Positions 24,985-38,480 of a stretch of DNA of 64,000 nt are shown here, in pieces; positions within the stretch are counted from its first letter, which is position 1, and the number at the start of each line of letters is the position of its first letter. The DNA comes from the human T2T-CHM13v2.0 reference genome, Homo sapiens, in NCBI RefSeq assembly GCF_009914755.1, contig NC_060937.1; one strand, given 5' to 3'. The notes beneath the pieces were generated by a model. It did no database searches, had not been told where the DNA came from, and worked only from the letters and a program-made list of their open reading frames with translations. The translations under genes were made by a program, and so were the position numbers.

Positions 24985-26634
24985 TTATACTCAAAAGTAC
25001 ATGCTGAGCATATTTTCTTTCCTTCAAATAGAACCACAAACAGAGAGGGAACTGCTAGAGAAAAGAAATCAAATAGATTGTTCTTCTATTTTAAGTGGTA
25101 GTAGGGGTCAGAGGTTGGGAGGCAATATAAGTACAAACGCAGCGATTTCATCTTTCCATGTTCCGTTTTTTTGTTGCATGATTGGGACTACTTTTGGTTA
25201 CATTAGGGTAGGCATGGCCACGTCTACCATCACATTTTTCCTATATTAGAAGGCATCAGGAAAACTTTTCACCCTGCTTGCAATGATTCCACTAATTTTA
25301 CTGTTGTCCTTAATAATTCTTTATGTCAAGAGGCATTAGCCTCACCCCATATTGACACTAACCCCAGAACACTTGCGTCCTCTATAGAATATAGAATGGC
25401 TTAATAGGTGGGGGTGGCCCTCATGTTCAGCTATTGTCAGGCATATGTGCTCTGGTATAGCATTTGCTACAGTATCTGGGCTCAAGGGATAGATTAAAGT
25501 ATGCCTGAGAAATGACCTAGATACCTTCCCTCTTTTTCATTTCCTGCAACTACCATATGGACTGATTGCATTTGAACAGAGTGAAATCTCCCTTCCAAAA
25601 TTCAGTGCTCCACTTGTGACTAATTATGTAGGTAATAGGATTATAAATCAATGATAAGTGGCAGACATAGAAGACTCAGATGAAAGTAACCAAGCTACAG
25701 TGTCCCCCTCAGGTGTCCCAAATTATAGTACAGATGAAGAGTCATAGTCTCCTAACCTGTACAAATCATAAGCCATCTGTTAGTTAGGCAGCAGCTGAGG
25801 CAGGATGCTGCAAGGAGTGTTGAGGAAAGAGTGAATGCAGGAGCAAGGAGGGACCACACCTGGGGAGATCTATCAGTAGAACCCAGCCCACCTCCAGAGT
25901 TCCTAATTCTGAAACCTTCCAGAGTCCAAAGCTTCAAACCCTCCCTTGGGTTTGAATCCTAAACCTTCTTCAAATTGCATGTTGTGCTCAAGAGAAGATC
26001 CTAGAGACCTGGCTGGCTTTCTTCCAGAGGCCCCCCTGCTAGAGGTCTGTCAGAATGCTCATTTATTCCTTAAAACAAAACAAGAGGGGATTGTGCCTCA
26101 TATTTGTTTTGATCTTTCTTTTCTCATTTAAGCCACTAGGCTATTTTCTCAATCTTCTACAGCTATTTCAAAGTCTACAGAGTACATTTATAAAACAAAA
26201 ATATTGGTCATGGCTTTTTGTGTATGTGTGTACATGCACATGGGTTAGTAGGGATATAAAAAATAAAATCAAGTGATCTTTTACTAGAAACTAGATCAAC
26301 AAAATGTGGAGGAGATACTATGTAATAATAAATAACATTTAGAAAAGTCATCATAAGCAGTCCAGAAGGTCATTAAAACTCTGCCCTGATGCCTCACTTT
26401 TTCTCTAAGAGGATGGCAAAGGGCTTGCCTCAATTTTATAGGGCAGCATTAAAATAGAAGAGTGCCTCTTTTGAACTTGAAGTGTCTTCTTTAACAAGGA
26501 AGACTGTTATATCTCCTGCCCTACATAAGTATTTGTTTACATGGATACAGATATGTGCAATAAGTTGTTCTATGTAAAAATAACTTGTACAGCTGGACAG
26601 TGTCTCCACATCTGGCTGTTCAACCTACGCCTGT

Positions 26635-26664
26635 GATTACAGGTGTGAGCCACCATGCCTGGCC
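26635..26664 (-). mobile_element. Alu 5'-terminal fragment (30 nt)
   Basis: 'gattacaggtgtgagccaccatgcctggcc'. Confidence 0.8.
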
Positions 26665-29022
26665 TAAATTAAATATTATAATAAAGTGAGTCACACAATT
26701 TTTTTGGTCTACCAGTGTATATAAAAGTTATGTTTATATTTTAGTGTAATTTATTGTGTGCAGTATCATTATGTTTAAACACAATTTACATAACTTAATT
26801 TAAAATACTGCTAAAAAATGCGAGTGATCATCTAAGCCTTTAGCACGTTGTAATCCTTTTGCTTATGGAGGGTCTTTCCTCAATATTGATGGCCGCTGAA
26901 TGATCAAGGCGGTGGTTTCTAAAGGTTGGGATGGCTGTGTGAATTTCTTAAAATAAAAGAACAATGAGGTTTGCCACAATGATTGACTCTTCCTTATTTA
27001 AAAGTTTTCTCTGTAGCATGTGGTGCTGTCTGATGGCATTTTATCCACAAGAATGTTTTTTCAAATTTAGAGTCAGTCCTCTCAAACCCCACCATTGCTT
27101 TATCAATATCCCAAGTATTATGGAATACTCTAAATCCTTTGGTGGCATTAAAACAATATTCACAGCATCTTCACCAGAATTAAATTCCATCTAAAGAAAC
27201 CACTTTCTTTCTTCATTCATAAGAAGCAGCCCCTCATCCATCATGAGATTGGAGCAATGCAGTCACTTCTGCAGGCTCCACTTCTAATTCCAGTTCATTT
27301 GTTATTTCTACCATATCTTCAGTTCCTTCCTCCACTGAAGTCTTGAGTTCCTCAAAGTTATTCATGAGGATTAGAATTAACTTCTTCCAAATTCTTGTTA
27401 ATGTTGATGTTTTGACTTTCTCAATGAATCATGAATGTTTTTATTGGCATCTATAGTAGTGAACCCTTTCCAGAAAATTGGATTTACTTTGCCTAGATCC
27501 ATCAGAATAATCACTAGCTTTGAGAGATATGCCCTTACAAAATACATTTTTTAAACAATAAGACACGAAAGTCAAAATTGTTCATTGGCCCACAAGCTGG
27601 AGAAAGAATGTTGTGTTTGCAGGTATGAAAACATTAATTTCCTTATACTTCCCATATAAGCTCTTGGATGACCAGGCACATTGTCAATGAGTAGTAATAC
27701 TCTGAAAGGGATCTTTTCTTCTTAGCAGTAGATCTCAACAATAGGTTCCAAGTATTCAGTGATCCATGTTGTAAATAGATGTGCTGCTACCCAGGCTTTA
27801 ATGATCCATTTATAGAGCATAGGCAGAGTAGATTTCATGTATATCTCAAGGGCCCTAAGATTTTTTGAAAGATAAAAATGGTAAATAAGAACTGTCTTCA
27901 ATTTAAAATTACCAGCTGCATTAGCCCCTAATAAGAGTCAACCTGTTTTTTGAAGTTTTGAAGCCAGACATTGACTCCACTGCATCTACAAAAGTCCGAG
28001 ATGGTGTTTTATTCCAATAGAAAGCTCTTTCATCTACACTGAAAATCTTGTTTAATGTAGCCACATTTATTAATTATCCTATCTAGATCTTCTGTATACT
28101 TGGCTGTAGCTTCTATGTCAGCACTTGCTACTTCAGCTTGCATTTCTATGTTATGGAGACAGCTTCTTTCTCTCAACCTCCTGAACCAACCTCTGCTAGC
28201 TTCAACCTTTTCTTCTGAAGTTTTCTCATCTCTCTCAATCTTTGTAGTATTGAAGATAGTTAGGGCCTTGCTCTGAATTAGGCTTTGAGTTTTCTGGCTT
28301 GCAGAACAGGCAAGGCTTATAACTCTTAGGCTTTGTGGCTGGTTTGATCGTCTATCTGGACCACTCAAACTTTCTCCATATCAGCAATAAGGTTGTTTCA
28401 TTCTCTTATCATCTTTGTGTTCACAGGAGTAGCACTTTTAGTTTCCTTCAATAATTTTGCCTTTTCATACACAACTTGGCTGTTTTGTACAAAAGCCTAG
28501 CTTTTGACCTGTCTTTGCTTTCAACATGCCTTCCTTACTTAGCTTAATTATTTCCAGCTTTTGATTTAAAGTGAGAGACCTGTGACTATTCACTTGAATG
28601 TCTAAAGGGCATTATAAGGTTATTAATTGGCCTAATTTCAATATTGTTGTATGTCTGTGAATAGGGAGGTCTGAAAAAAGGGGTAACAGCCAGTTGCTTA
28701 AACAGTCAGAACACACACAACATTTATCAATTAGGTTTATCATCTTATATGGATCCAGTTTATGATACCCAAAAGAATTACAATCATAACATCCAAGATC
28801 ACTGATCACAGATCACCATAACAGATAAAATAATATTTAAAAAGCTTGAAATATTGCAGGAATTACCAAAATGTGACACAGAGACAGGAAGTGAGCACAT
28901 GCTATTGGAAAAAGGCACCAATCCGCTAGCACGACACAAGGTTACAACGAACTTTCAATTTATATAAAACACGCAGTATCTAAAAAAGCACAATAAAGCG
29001 AAACAAAAATGAGGTATGCCTG
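26665..29022 (-). mobile_element. Tigger1 DNA transposon, near full length, transposase decayed
   Basis: ORF 28030-28368(-) SLIQSKALTIFN...EASRGWFRRLRERSCLHNIEMQAEVASAD matches the Tigger1/TIGD1 CENP-B-type region. Right TIR 'gaggtatgcctg' plus TA. Left TIR missing. Confidence 0.93.
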
Positions 29023-29056
29023 TATATATGTGTGTGTATGTATATATATATATAAA

Positions 29057-29389
29057 CAATTATGTCTCACTTAACGATGGCGGTACATTCTGAGAAATGG
29101 GTCATTAGACTCTTCAGCATTTTTTGAACATCATAGAGTGTACTTACACCAACATAGGTGGGATATCCTACTATGTACCTAAACTATGCGGTTTAGCCTA
29201 TTGTTCCTGGCCTACAAACCCATATAACATGTTACTTTACTGAATGCTAAAGGCATTTGTAACACATTCATAGGTATCTGTGTTTCTAAGCATAGATAAG
29301 GTAGAGTAAAAATATGGTATTTTAATCTAATGGGACCACTGTTAAATATGTGGTTCATTGTAAATGGAAGCATTGTTACGTGGTACATG

Positions 29390-29393
<4 letters not shown>
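29057..29393 (+). mobile_element. Tigger3a (MER7A/GOLEM_A) MITE
   Basis: 'cacttaacgatggcggtacattctgagaaatg...gaacatcatagagtgtacttacac...atgggaccactg...catgact'. Confidence 0.88.

Positions 29394-29424
<31 letters not shown>
29394..29424. repeat. (TG)n microsatellite
   Basis: Read directly. Confidence 0.95.
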
Positions 29425-29426
<2 letters not shown>

Positions 29427-29659
29427 TACATATAATAATTTTTACATTCTAGCTCCAGTTAAGCATCCTAGCTATACCTATGTATTTTAATTCATACCTT
29501 ATTATTTGATAATCATGTATGAAACCTCATACTTGTAAACTTTCTTTTATTATGCTAAAATACATTCAGAAACCATAGATTAAGGAACTTGTAAGATTAG
29601 AATTGTGGAAGAAATTATCTCTATTTCTTTTCTATACTGGTTGCAAATAAATATTATAC

Positions 29660-30000
29660 TGACCTGATCCCAAAAGTTAGCATTCCTGTATGATTTTTGA
29701 CCAAGAAAATATGAGTGGAAATAATATATGTTGTCTCTGGGTGAAAGAATTTAGCTAGTGCTTGAGTCTTTCATTCACTCATTCTCTGGCCCACAGAAGT
29801 AGAAAGTTCTATATTCAGATATATGTCTACAAGATGGTTAAGCCTCTTTTGGTGTGGCTTGTAAAGGATAATTGCTCTGACGACCACCTAGATTTGCAAG
29901 GAAATTTACTTAAATCTTAACTTAGATTATCCTAAATCTTAACTGATATGGGAGACTTGTTTGTTGTCACAGCAAAACATCATCTAACCCGACTGACACA
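29660..30000 (+). mobile_element. MLT1 (H/I-like) MaLR LTR fragment
   Basis: 'tttgaccaagaaaatatgagtggaaataata' and 3' end 'ttgtttgttgtcacagcaaaacatcatctaacccgactgacaca'. Confidence 0.6.
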
Positions 30001-30510
30001 GAATCTTTCTCACTTCATTATGTTTTATTATCCCCTGCCTATTCCCTGTGGCAATGAATATTTCCTTTAAAACTAAAAGAACTTGCAGGTTTATTTGTAG
30101 ACATTAAGGGAAAGAGCTAGCTAGTCCTGTTGACCATTACTGCAAAAAGATCCACCAGCAAAAGAGTGGGCATAGAAAGCGGGTAGACAATCATTTTTTC
30201 TTGGTCTATTCAGCTATTGATACTTTATGAAACATGTACAATAGTTACATTCTTTCAAAGTAAAAACTATAAATCAAGTTACACATAAAAAAATAGTAGA
30301 GTGGGTAGAATTTCTTGGACTTGTAACTAAGGTTTCCATTCCTTATTCTGCTCCTTCTTCAGTGGGCTCTACCTCTTCTGGCAGGCAGGAAGAGGGAAGG
30401 ATGGCAACTCATGGACCGTTCTTCCTCAACTGCTTATATCCTATTCCTCCTCATACAAGCCAGAGCAGAGTGAGTTCTATTTTCCTCAGGAAAGGAATTG
30501 CTTCACCTAG

Positions 30511-31148
30511 CTTCATCCATGTCCCTACAAAGGACATGAACTCATCATTTTTTATGGCTGCATAGTATTCCATGGTGTATATGTGCCACATTTTCTTAAT
30601 CCAGTCTATCGTTGTTGGACATTTGGGTTGATTCCATGTCTTTGCTGTTGTGAATAGTGCCACAATAAACATACGTGTGTATGTGTCTTTATAGCAGCAT
30701 GATTTATAATCCTTTGGGTACATACCCAGTAATGGGATGGCTGGGTCAAATGGTATTTCTAGTTCTACATCTCTGAGGAATCGCCACACTGACTTCCACA
30801 ATGGTTGAACTAGTTTACAGTCCCACCAACAGTGTAAAAGTGTTCCTATTTCTCCACATCCTCTCCAGCACCTGTTGTTGGACAAAAAAACCAAACACCA
30901 CATGTTCTCACTCATAGGTGGGAATTGAACAATGAGAACACACGGACACAAGAAGGGGAACATCACACACCGAGGACTGTTGTGGGGTGGGCGGGGGAGG
31001 GATAGCATTAGGAGATATACCTAATGTTAAATGAAGAGTTAATGGGTTCAGCACACCAACATGGCACATGTATACATATGTAACAAAGCTGCACGTTGTG
31101 CACATGTACCCTAAAACTTAAAGTATAATAATAATAAAATAAAATAAA
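30511..31148 (+). mobile_element. L1PA3/PA4-like LINE-1 with 5' inversion (twin priming)
   Basis: Antisense ORF2-end segment 30511-30879 joined to a sense 3' UTR at 30880-31148. 16-bp TSD gaattgcttcacctag (30495-30510) / gaagtgcttcacctag (31149-31164). Confidence 0.95.
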
Positions 31149-31422
31149 GAAGTGCTTCACCTAGTGGTGTAGATAGCATAGTTGTGAGCCAAATTATATT
31201 AGTCAAATGTGGTTCAGTGAGACTAATTGTGAATATGCCTGTGAAGCTTACCTCAGGCAGTTACCAAAAGCAAGATGCATTCAAGCATGACATTTCATTG
31301 CAGTCCTGTTTTGCTCCAACACAAATCCTCCAATATCCTAACTCACTCAATATCTGCCCCAGGGACTCCACTTTTCTTCTCCTTTCTCTTTAATTGTGCA
31401 AGAACATCAAAACTGTACTCTA

Positions 31423-31661
31423 TTTTTCTTATAATTGACAAGAATTATATATATTTATGGTGATCAGCATGATGTTTTGATGTTTATGTACATTGTGTAA
31501 TAACTAAATTAAGCTATTTAACATATACATGAACTCTTATTATTCTTTTGTGATGAGAACAACGAAAATCTACATTCTAAAACGCAATGTTCAAGGGTAC
31601 AATATATTGTTATTAACTATAGTCACCATGGTGTATAATAGATCTCTTGTATATTATTCCT
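31423..31661 (-). mobile_element. L1MA (MA8/9-like) 3' end
   Basis: 'atatttatggtgatcagcatgatgttttga...tacaatatattgttattaactatagtcaccatggtgtataatagatctcttg'. Confidence 0.8.
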
Positions 31662-33502
31662 GAATTTTTGTTTTGCCAAATAAGTTGTTATGTATGCTGA
31701 ATGGGATAGGGCAACTTTTGCATACATATATGTGCCCATTTAGTTAAAACACAAAAAATTACATACCTTTATGTAGTAAATATTAAGCTAATCAACGAAT
31801 AAGTATCTTCTAATTGATATTAATGGGACAGTTTAATGAATGAAATTTTTAATGATCTTTGCTCATATTGATCATTTAGTACTTGTAAACTAGTGACCCA
31901 CACTCTGTTTTGGTAAATAATCAACTTTGAGAGCAAAAGTTATTTAAATAAGTTTAATCTATGTGAAGTTTTTTGAGTTTTAGGCTCATGTTTAACATTT
32001 TTTCTGGGCATTAGAAACTTGATATTTTTCATGTCATTTCTATTCATCACTTTATTCTCAATATGCCATTTATAGGGCATTCTATAACATACATTTTTTG
32101 ATACTGAAGATGGAAATGTTGCAAAAACATAGCTGAGCAGAGTAAGTGAGAATAGGATAGGTCAGGCTCACTCTGGCAAGAAATTGGATGTTAAAATGGA
32201 TCCAAATTTATTTTGGGAATTTGTTATAAACCATGAGATGAAAAACACTATGAAGTTAAGGAAATGGTCTGTGAAATAAAAAGAGCCTGTGATAAAGGGG
32301 AAGGGAACTGATGAAGGATTTTAATTACCTAGTATATAGCCAAAATATGAAAAAAAAATTGCTTCAGTACTACCTAATATTGCTTCATATTCAATCATAT
32401 TGCTTTCATTATTTTTTTACACAAATTGAGAGGATTTCTCTATAATTTCAAACTATACACGTTTTCAAATTATCTGTTTAGTTTTGCATTACTAAAACTT
32501 GTTACTTTTACTTATTTGATATGTTCTTAAATTTTTATTAATTTGGTTATTCACTAACAAAAGTAGAGAGATGATTAATAATGATTAGACAGACATAAAA
32601 TCAATTTGTCACTTTTGTAACGTTTTTCCTGCATATAATCCAGATTGAAGTTGATTTTGTAGCTTTTTTTGACTTAAAGTAACATTTTTATTATGACTAA
32701 AAAGCAGATAACAAAACAGACAAGAAGCATGTTATTTTTCATAAGAAAAATGAAATTGAAAATATATTAATATGTGTAATTCAAAAAGGAACCATGAAGG
32801 TTCTGCACATTTAGAATGCAGAAAGCACTGGGAATCTTTCTAGATATATTTTGGAATACCTACATAGTTGCGTGCTGAAAGAAAAAACAAAACAATAAAA
32901 TGTCCAAGATATATTGTTGAATTTTAATGAAAGCACTCCACCTAACATGATCAACTGAACTTGAACTGAATATAAAATTATCACCAGTATGTTCTTTACC
33001 TGAATTTATTGCTGTGCCACTTTATTTTCAAGGCCAAAGAAATGAAAAGGAAGAGTCAAAGAAAGTGCTTACAACCAACCAGATTTCCATAATTCTAGAT
33101 TGTATCGGCTAATTGGTATGACTACCTGGATAGGTACGTTTTATTATTATATGTTGAAACCTTTTTTATGTAAGAAGATTTTTCTTTAGGTCACTGAGTA
33201 TCTGGACTTCTATAGGAAAAGTTCTAATCTGCATGGTAAGAGATATTATTTTCACTAATTATTATGTTTCAATAGTAACTTTATAGCATTTTTGATACAT
33301 GCATGAGAAATAAAGGGCCTCTTAGTGTGTTAGGTTATACAATAAATGGTTTGTAGGTGAAGTCAAGCGTACTACTTTCTCATCTTCTACAAGTGTGACA
33401 ACCTAGGTTCTAGAAAATAGAGTTATTTTACTTTATCATAAAATATAGCAAAAGAGCTACAATATTATTGTTTTGTTTTTTAATTCATCACTTGAGACCT
33501 GA

Positions 33503-33875
<373 letters not shown>

Positions 33876-33944
33876 AATGTCGTTTTTTTCTGATAAGATT
33901 AGCATAATCTATTGTTTAAAACTCACTTTTCCGGAAGGTTGAGT

Positions 33945-34140
33945 GGTTGGGTTCATTGTCCAACCCTGTCACTTATTAGTCTAACACTTTGGGCAGCGTT
34001 TCTTATCTGATGGATGTCCCAGTCTTCTCATCTGGAAAATGAGGAGAATAATGAAACTTACCTACCTTATACGTTGATTGAAAGAGTCAAATGAGGTAGT
34101 ATGAAATACTTAGAACAATGCCTAGCACTTGGCAATGTGA
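33945..34140 (+). mobile_element. MIR SINE
   Basis: Core 'cagtcttctcatctggaaaatgaggagaataat...aaatgag...cttagaacaatgcctagcac'. Confidence 0.75.
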
Positions 34141-37100
34141 AAATTGCCACATAAAAGTGAGCTTTCCTTACCTTCATGCTGCTATTTTAGTTTGAAAGAG
34201 ACAAATGTTTCCATTTAAGAGTGCATATTGTTTCACTGAAAAATTTAACATGACCCCTTGGGACTGGAAAAGAAATAATATAATTGGTTTTCTCTTGGGT
34301 TATTATTATGTGGAAGGTCTGGTGCTTCTAATTGTATAAATTTATATCCAGGGACTTAGTAGAAAATCTGTGTAACTCAGCTATTATTTTGGCATTTCAT
34401 GGTGATTCAAACACCGTATCTTTTTCCTGGATGGTGTGTATAACAATGTTTTCTCCTTGATACAAAGTTGAGGAAGATTAAAAAAAAGATAGAACTAACA
34501 CTAACTTTATGATATAGTCTCAGGATTAAAATATCCCCTGTGTTTAATATGCAGATACTTTTTGTTTTGGAAAATTAACCTTGCCAGAAATAATAGTAAT
34601 ATTTATTTTATTTTGACAAACATCATGAAAAAATGATATTTCTCAAGCATTTGTTATCAATTATAATCCAGATAAACTAATCACAGCTAACCTTATTCTT
34701 TACGATTACCATGGTTGAGGAGTAACATATAAACCAAGACAGAGAGCAATGAACATAGAATATAAAAATATATATTCTTCCTGAATATTTCCTACACCAT
34801 GTAAATCAGGATCCATATCAACCCTATTCCATGTTTGCAGATTTCAAAGTATTCCTTAAAATTCTTCAATTACAAGAACTTCCAAAGTTGACTTGTGTAA
34901 ATGTCACTTCCCTTAGAAAAAAACACTATGAGCTTAACCACGTCTATTTGGGATGATGGAATTGGCAGGCGAACTTAAGAAATAGACTGCTACTAACAGC
35001 ATTGTCTTTTTGTATTGGAATGCCTCTGACCTGAACCCATCCTTTGAGCTCTTGGAAATATAAGCTCTTTGTGAAATGCATACGTCTTGAAAAAATTGAG
35101 ATGTTTTGACACCCTGGGACCTACAACAAACTCCAGAATTACTAAATATATATTTCAGATTTGTTTGAGAGTAGTTGTGGGTGAGACTTAAATGAGCCAT
35201 GAGCCTCAAGTCCCAATTTCCTGATATAGAATATCACACACATTTAAAGCCAATCTACTTTAAGTAATTGCGAACATTTTTGTTCCAATATTTTGATCTC
35301 CTTCTAAATAACATTATGGCAAAAGCCCATAATTTCCTCAAGTTCAGATAAGATGATAGTTATAAGCATCTTATGTTCTCTCCCTTCGATACATATAAAA
35401 GAAACATATTTCTTAATTAGACATAAGTGTTGTCTAAATTTTGTTCTTGAATATTACACTTGGGAATTGCAAAAGTTATCAACAATTGCAGAAAGACACT
35501 TATGACCTTTAGCCACCAGTTCAATTGGTGATTTCACTGTGGACCCCTAAGATAATCATAAAAATGGTTCTTCTACTTGGGTAGAGATATAATTCACAGA
35601 ACAATTCAAGAAAATATTTGGATCTTTCTTTCTCTAGTATTGAGAGTCGGAGATGTAAGGCTGTGAAATGGCAACACAAAAGTGAAACATTTATAATATA
35701 GAAAATAATTGCATATAATTAAGCACACAGCAATTTCATCAGAATAGAGGTAATTATCTAGATTCTTCATTGTAAATCCCAAAGGTAATTTTCATCTGTC
35801 TTGTAAAAACATGTGAGGCCACAGTTTATTTCGGAAAATGAATGCCTTTATTTTTGCATTTTACCTAAGGATGATTAAAATACTTTTTAAACATACGACC
35901 CTAACTTCCGTGAGCAATCACAGTATATGTACTATTAACTTGAAATATTTACAGTCATATGAGAGGACTCAAAATATTTAAGAAAAGTTTAGAAAAAGGA
36001 TACAATATTTTGGATATATAATTAATATTTTGCTATTGAAAATTCCTCCTATTAAATCTATTATAATTTTGTCCTAATACTTCAGTTTCAAAATGGTTAA
36101 TCTAATAAAATTGCATAACAAATTGTTTAAATATTAATAAATAACAATACAAGAAGTATAATATTGCTTATTTTCATAATATATGTAAGATAAAAAATAA
36201 AAGGAAACAAAATGTATGGACTAAGATTCTAGGGCAGTTTTTTTTTTTAAAAAAACAGATCTAACGCTAACTATTATGATAGATTCTCAGTAATAAGAAT
36301 CTTCTTTTGTTTGACTTGATAGGAGTATCTTCTAACAAAAGCATATAATGTTCAAGGGTACCAATTATTTTCTTAACAGAATAAATAATGTGCATTAAGA
36401 ATATTTTGTCTCAGATAGCAAAATATAAAACCACAGAAGAACATTCAATCATTTTCCGGGTGTTAAGAGATCAATTTGTGAAATCACTTTTGAGAAAACT
36501 TCAGTTTCTGCCATGAGCAATACAGTAGTTTCCTTCTACCTGCATGTCGCATAATCTTAAATTTCACAGGAGATATGAAAGAAAAAATATTGTTAGATCA
36601 GATGAAACTCTGGAATAGGAAAAGTTATATAATTACAAAATAGCCTTAAAAAGCTTTTTTGTATGATTTTCACAAACTTAAAATGTAATTTGAAATAATA
36701 TGTGCACATTTCCCCTAGGAATTGTTTTACATTTATGATTATTTTATGCCTAACACTATTCTCTCTTTCAAATATGAACATAGGATTTGATCCTCAGCAA
36801 GCATCTCATGAGTACATGGTCTTAAATATTTGGGATAAATGTAATGTTTAAATTTAATACATTATAACTACAAATATTAAAAATCAAAAGATAATTTTAA
36901 TGAGAAAAAAGTTCATTATTGTTATTATCCCTATTGTTTTTGCCAAAGCAGAATTTAACTTTTTAATAAGATCAATACAAACAATGCATTATCAATATTT
37001 ATTAAGTAATTAGAGACCTGAGCTATTCTATGTAGGATGAAATCATTTCTTTTTTCTCCTCAAGAACTTTCAAAGGATAATGTTATTTATTATTCATTAT

Positions 37101-37724
37101 TTAACTAAAAATGTTTGACCTATTAAAGTCTAAATATTTTGTCAAAGATCACAAAGACAAAATGACAATGTCTAATTTTTAGTGTAGGTCTTATCTCTGA
37201 TTCTAGTCCTTGAGTATTAAATAATATATTTAAAACATCTACCTCAATATTCTCAATAATAAACGCTGTCATATTATTATTTTTAATTTTTATTGTATAA
37301 TATTTCATACACAGGAAGAGGATAAGTAGCATACATACTGATAATTGTAAGACGACAAATACCACTGAAATTAAAAATAAATTTTACACATTTTTCTGTG
37401 ACACAGAAGAAATCAATATCCTGGCTCTTATGTAGACCATGACCTTACTTTATGCACACACTCACATAAACATACACATACACACATGCACAGAAGTCAC
37501 AACTGCAGAAATTCCTAAAAGAACAAAATACGCTACTGAGTTTTAGTTGACTTTATAAGGAAGATGTCATGCTGTATGCACTTTTTGGGATTTACTTCTT
37601 TGAGCATTTTATTACTAGGATTCATTCATTTCTTTTGACTATTGTGTGATCTCTGATTATATAAGTATGGCAATCATGGTGGTAACAAATCTACTCATCA
37701 GATTTTTTTCTTAAATATTTTATC

Positions 37725-38480
37725 ATTTTTATTAGGTATAACTTAATACAACAACACTGACCATTTTTAGCGCACAGTTCTACAAGTTTTGAAAAATACT
37801 CAGTTGTGTACCCATCAGCACAAGCAAGACAAAAAACAGTTCAGTCACTCCAAAACCTCTCCATGTCAACTTCATATTAGTTTATAGTCAACATCTCCTC
37901 AACCAACAGCCTTTGGCAGCACTGATGGTTCCTGTCCTTATTGTTTTTAGTTTTCCACAAAGCCATATCGATGGAACCATAATATGCATACACTCTGGAA
38001 GTTGGGTATTTTCACATAGCATCATGCATGAGATTCATCCATATTATTTCTCTTTAACATGTAAATATGCTACAGTTTATTGATTGATCAGTTAAATGAC
38101 ATTTGAATGTTTTCCAGTTTTAGGTGATTATAAATAAAGCCATTATGAACATTCACTTACTGGGTTTTATTTGAACATAATTATTTTATTTCATTGAGTA
38201 AATATATAGAAGTGAGATTTCTGGAATTTAAGGGTTACTTATCATTGAGCTTATAAAGATGCTGCCAAACTGTTTTCCAAAATGACTGTACTATTTTACA
38301 TTGCCACCAGAAATATATTACAGATCCAGCTGTTCTTCATTCTAGCCAAAACTTGGGATGGTCAGTGTTGTTTTTGTTGTTCTTATTTTTTTTAATCTTA
38401 ATATTTGTGGAATGATATCTTACTATGGTTTTAATTTGCAGTTCCCTTTTGACTAATAAAGTTGATAATCTTTTAAGTGA
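37725..38480 (-). mobile_element. Old L1M (MB/MC/ME) 3' region
   Basis: 'gagattcatcc', 'tttccagttttaggtgattataaataaagc', 'ctgccaaactgttttccaaaatgactgtactattttacatt', 'tggttttaatttgca'. Confidence 0.8.

Noticed and set aside
28030-28368. Tigger1 transposase ORF as a domesticated TIGD-like gene
   Set aside because: Only a short open fragment; the rest of the transposase is broken and one TIR is lost
30451-31008. 185-aa ORF, the longest in the window
   Set aside because: Lies almost wholly within the inverted L1PA insertion and is a typical L1-derived spurious peptide
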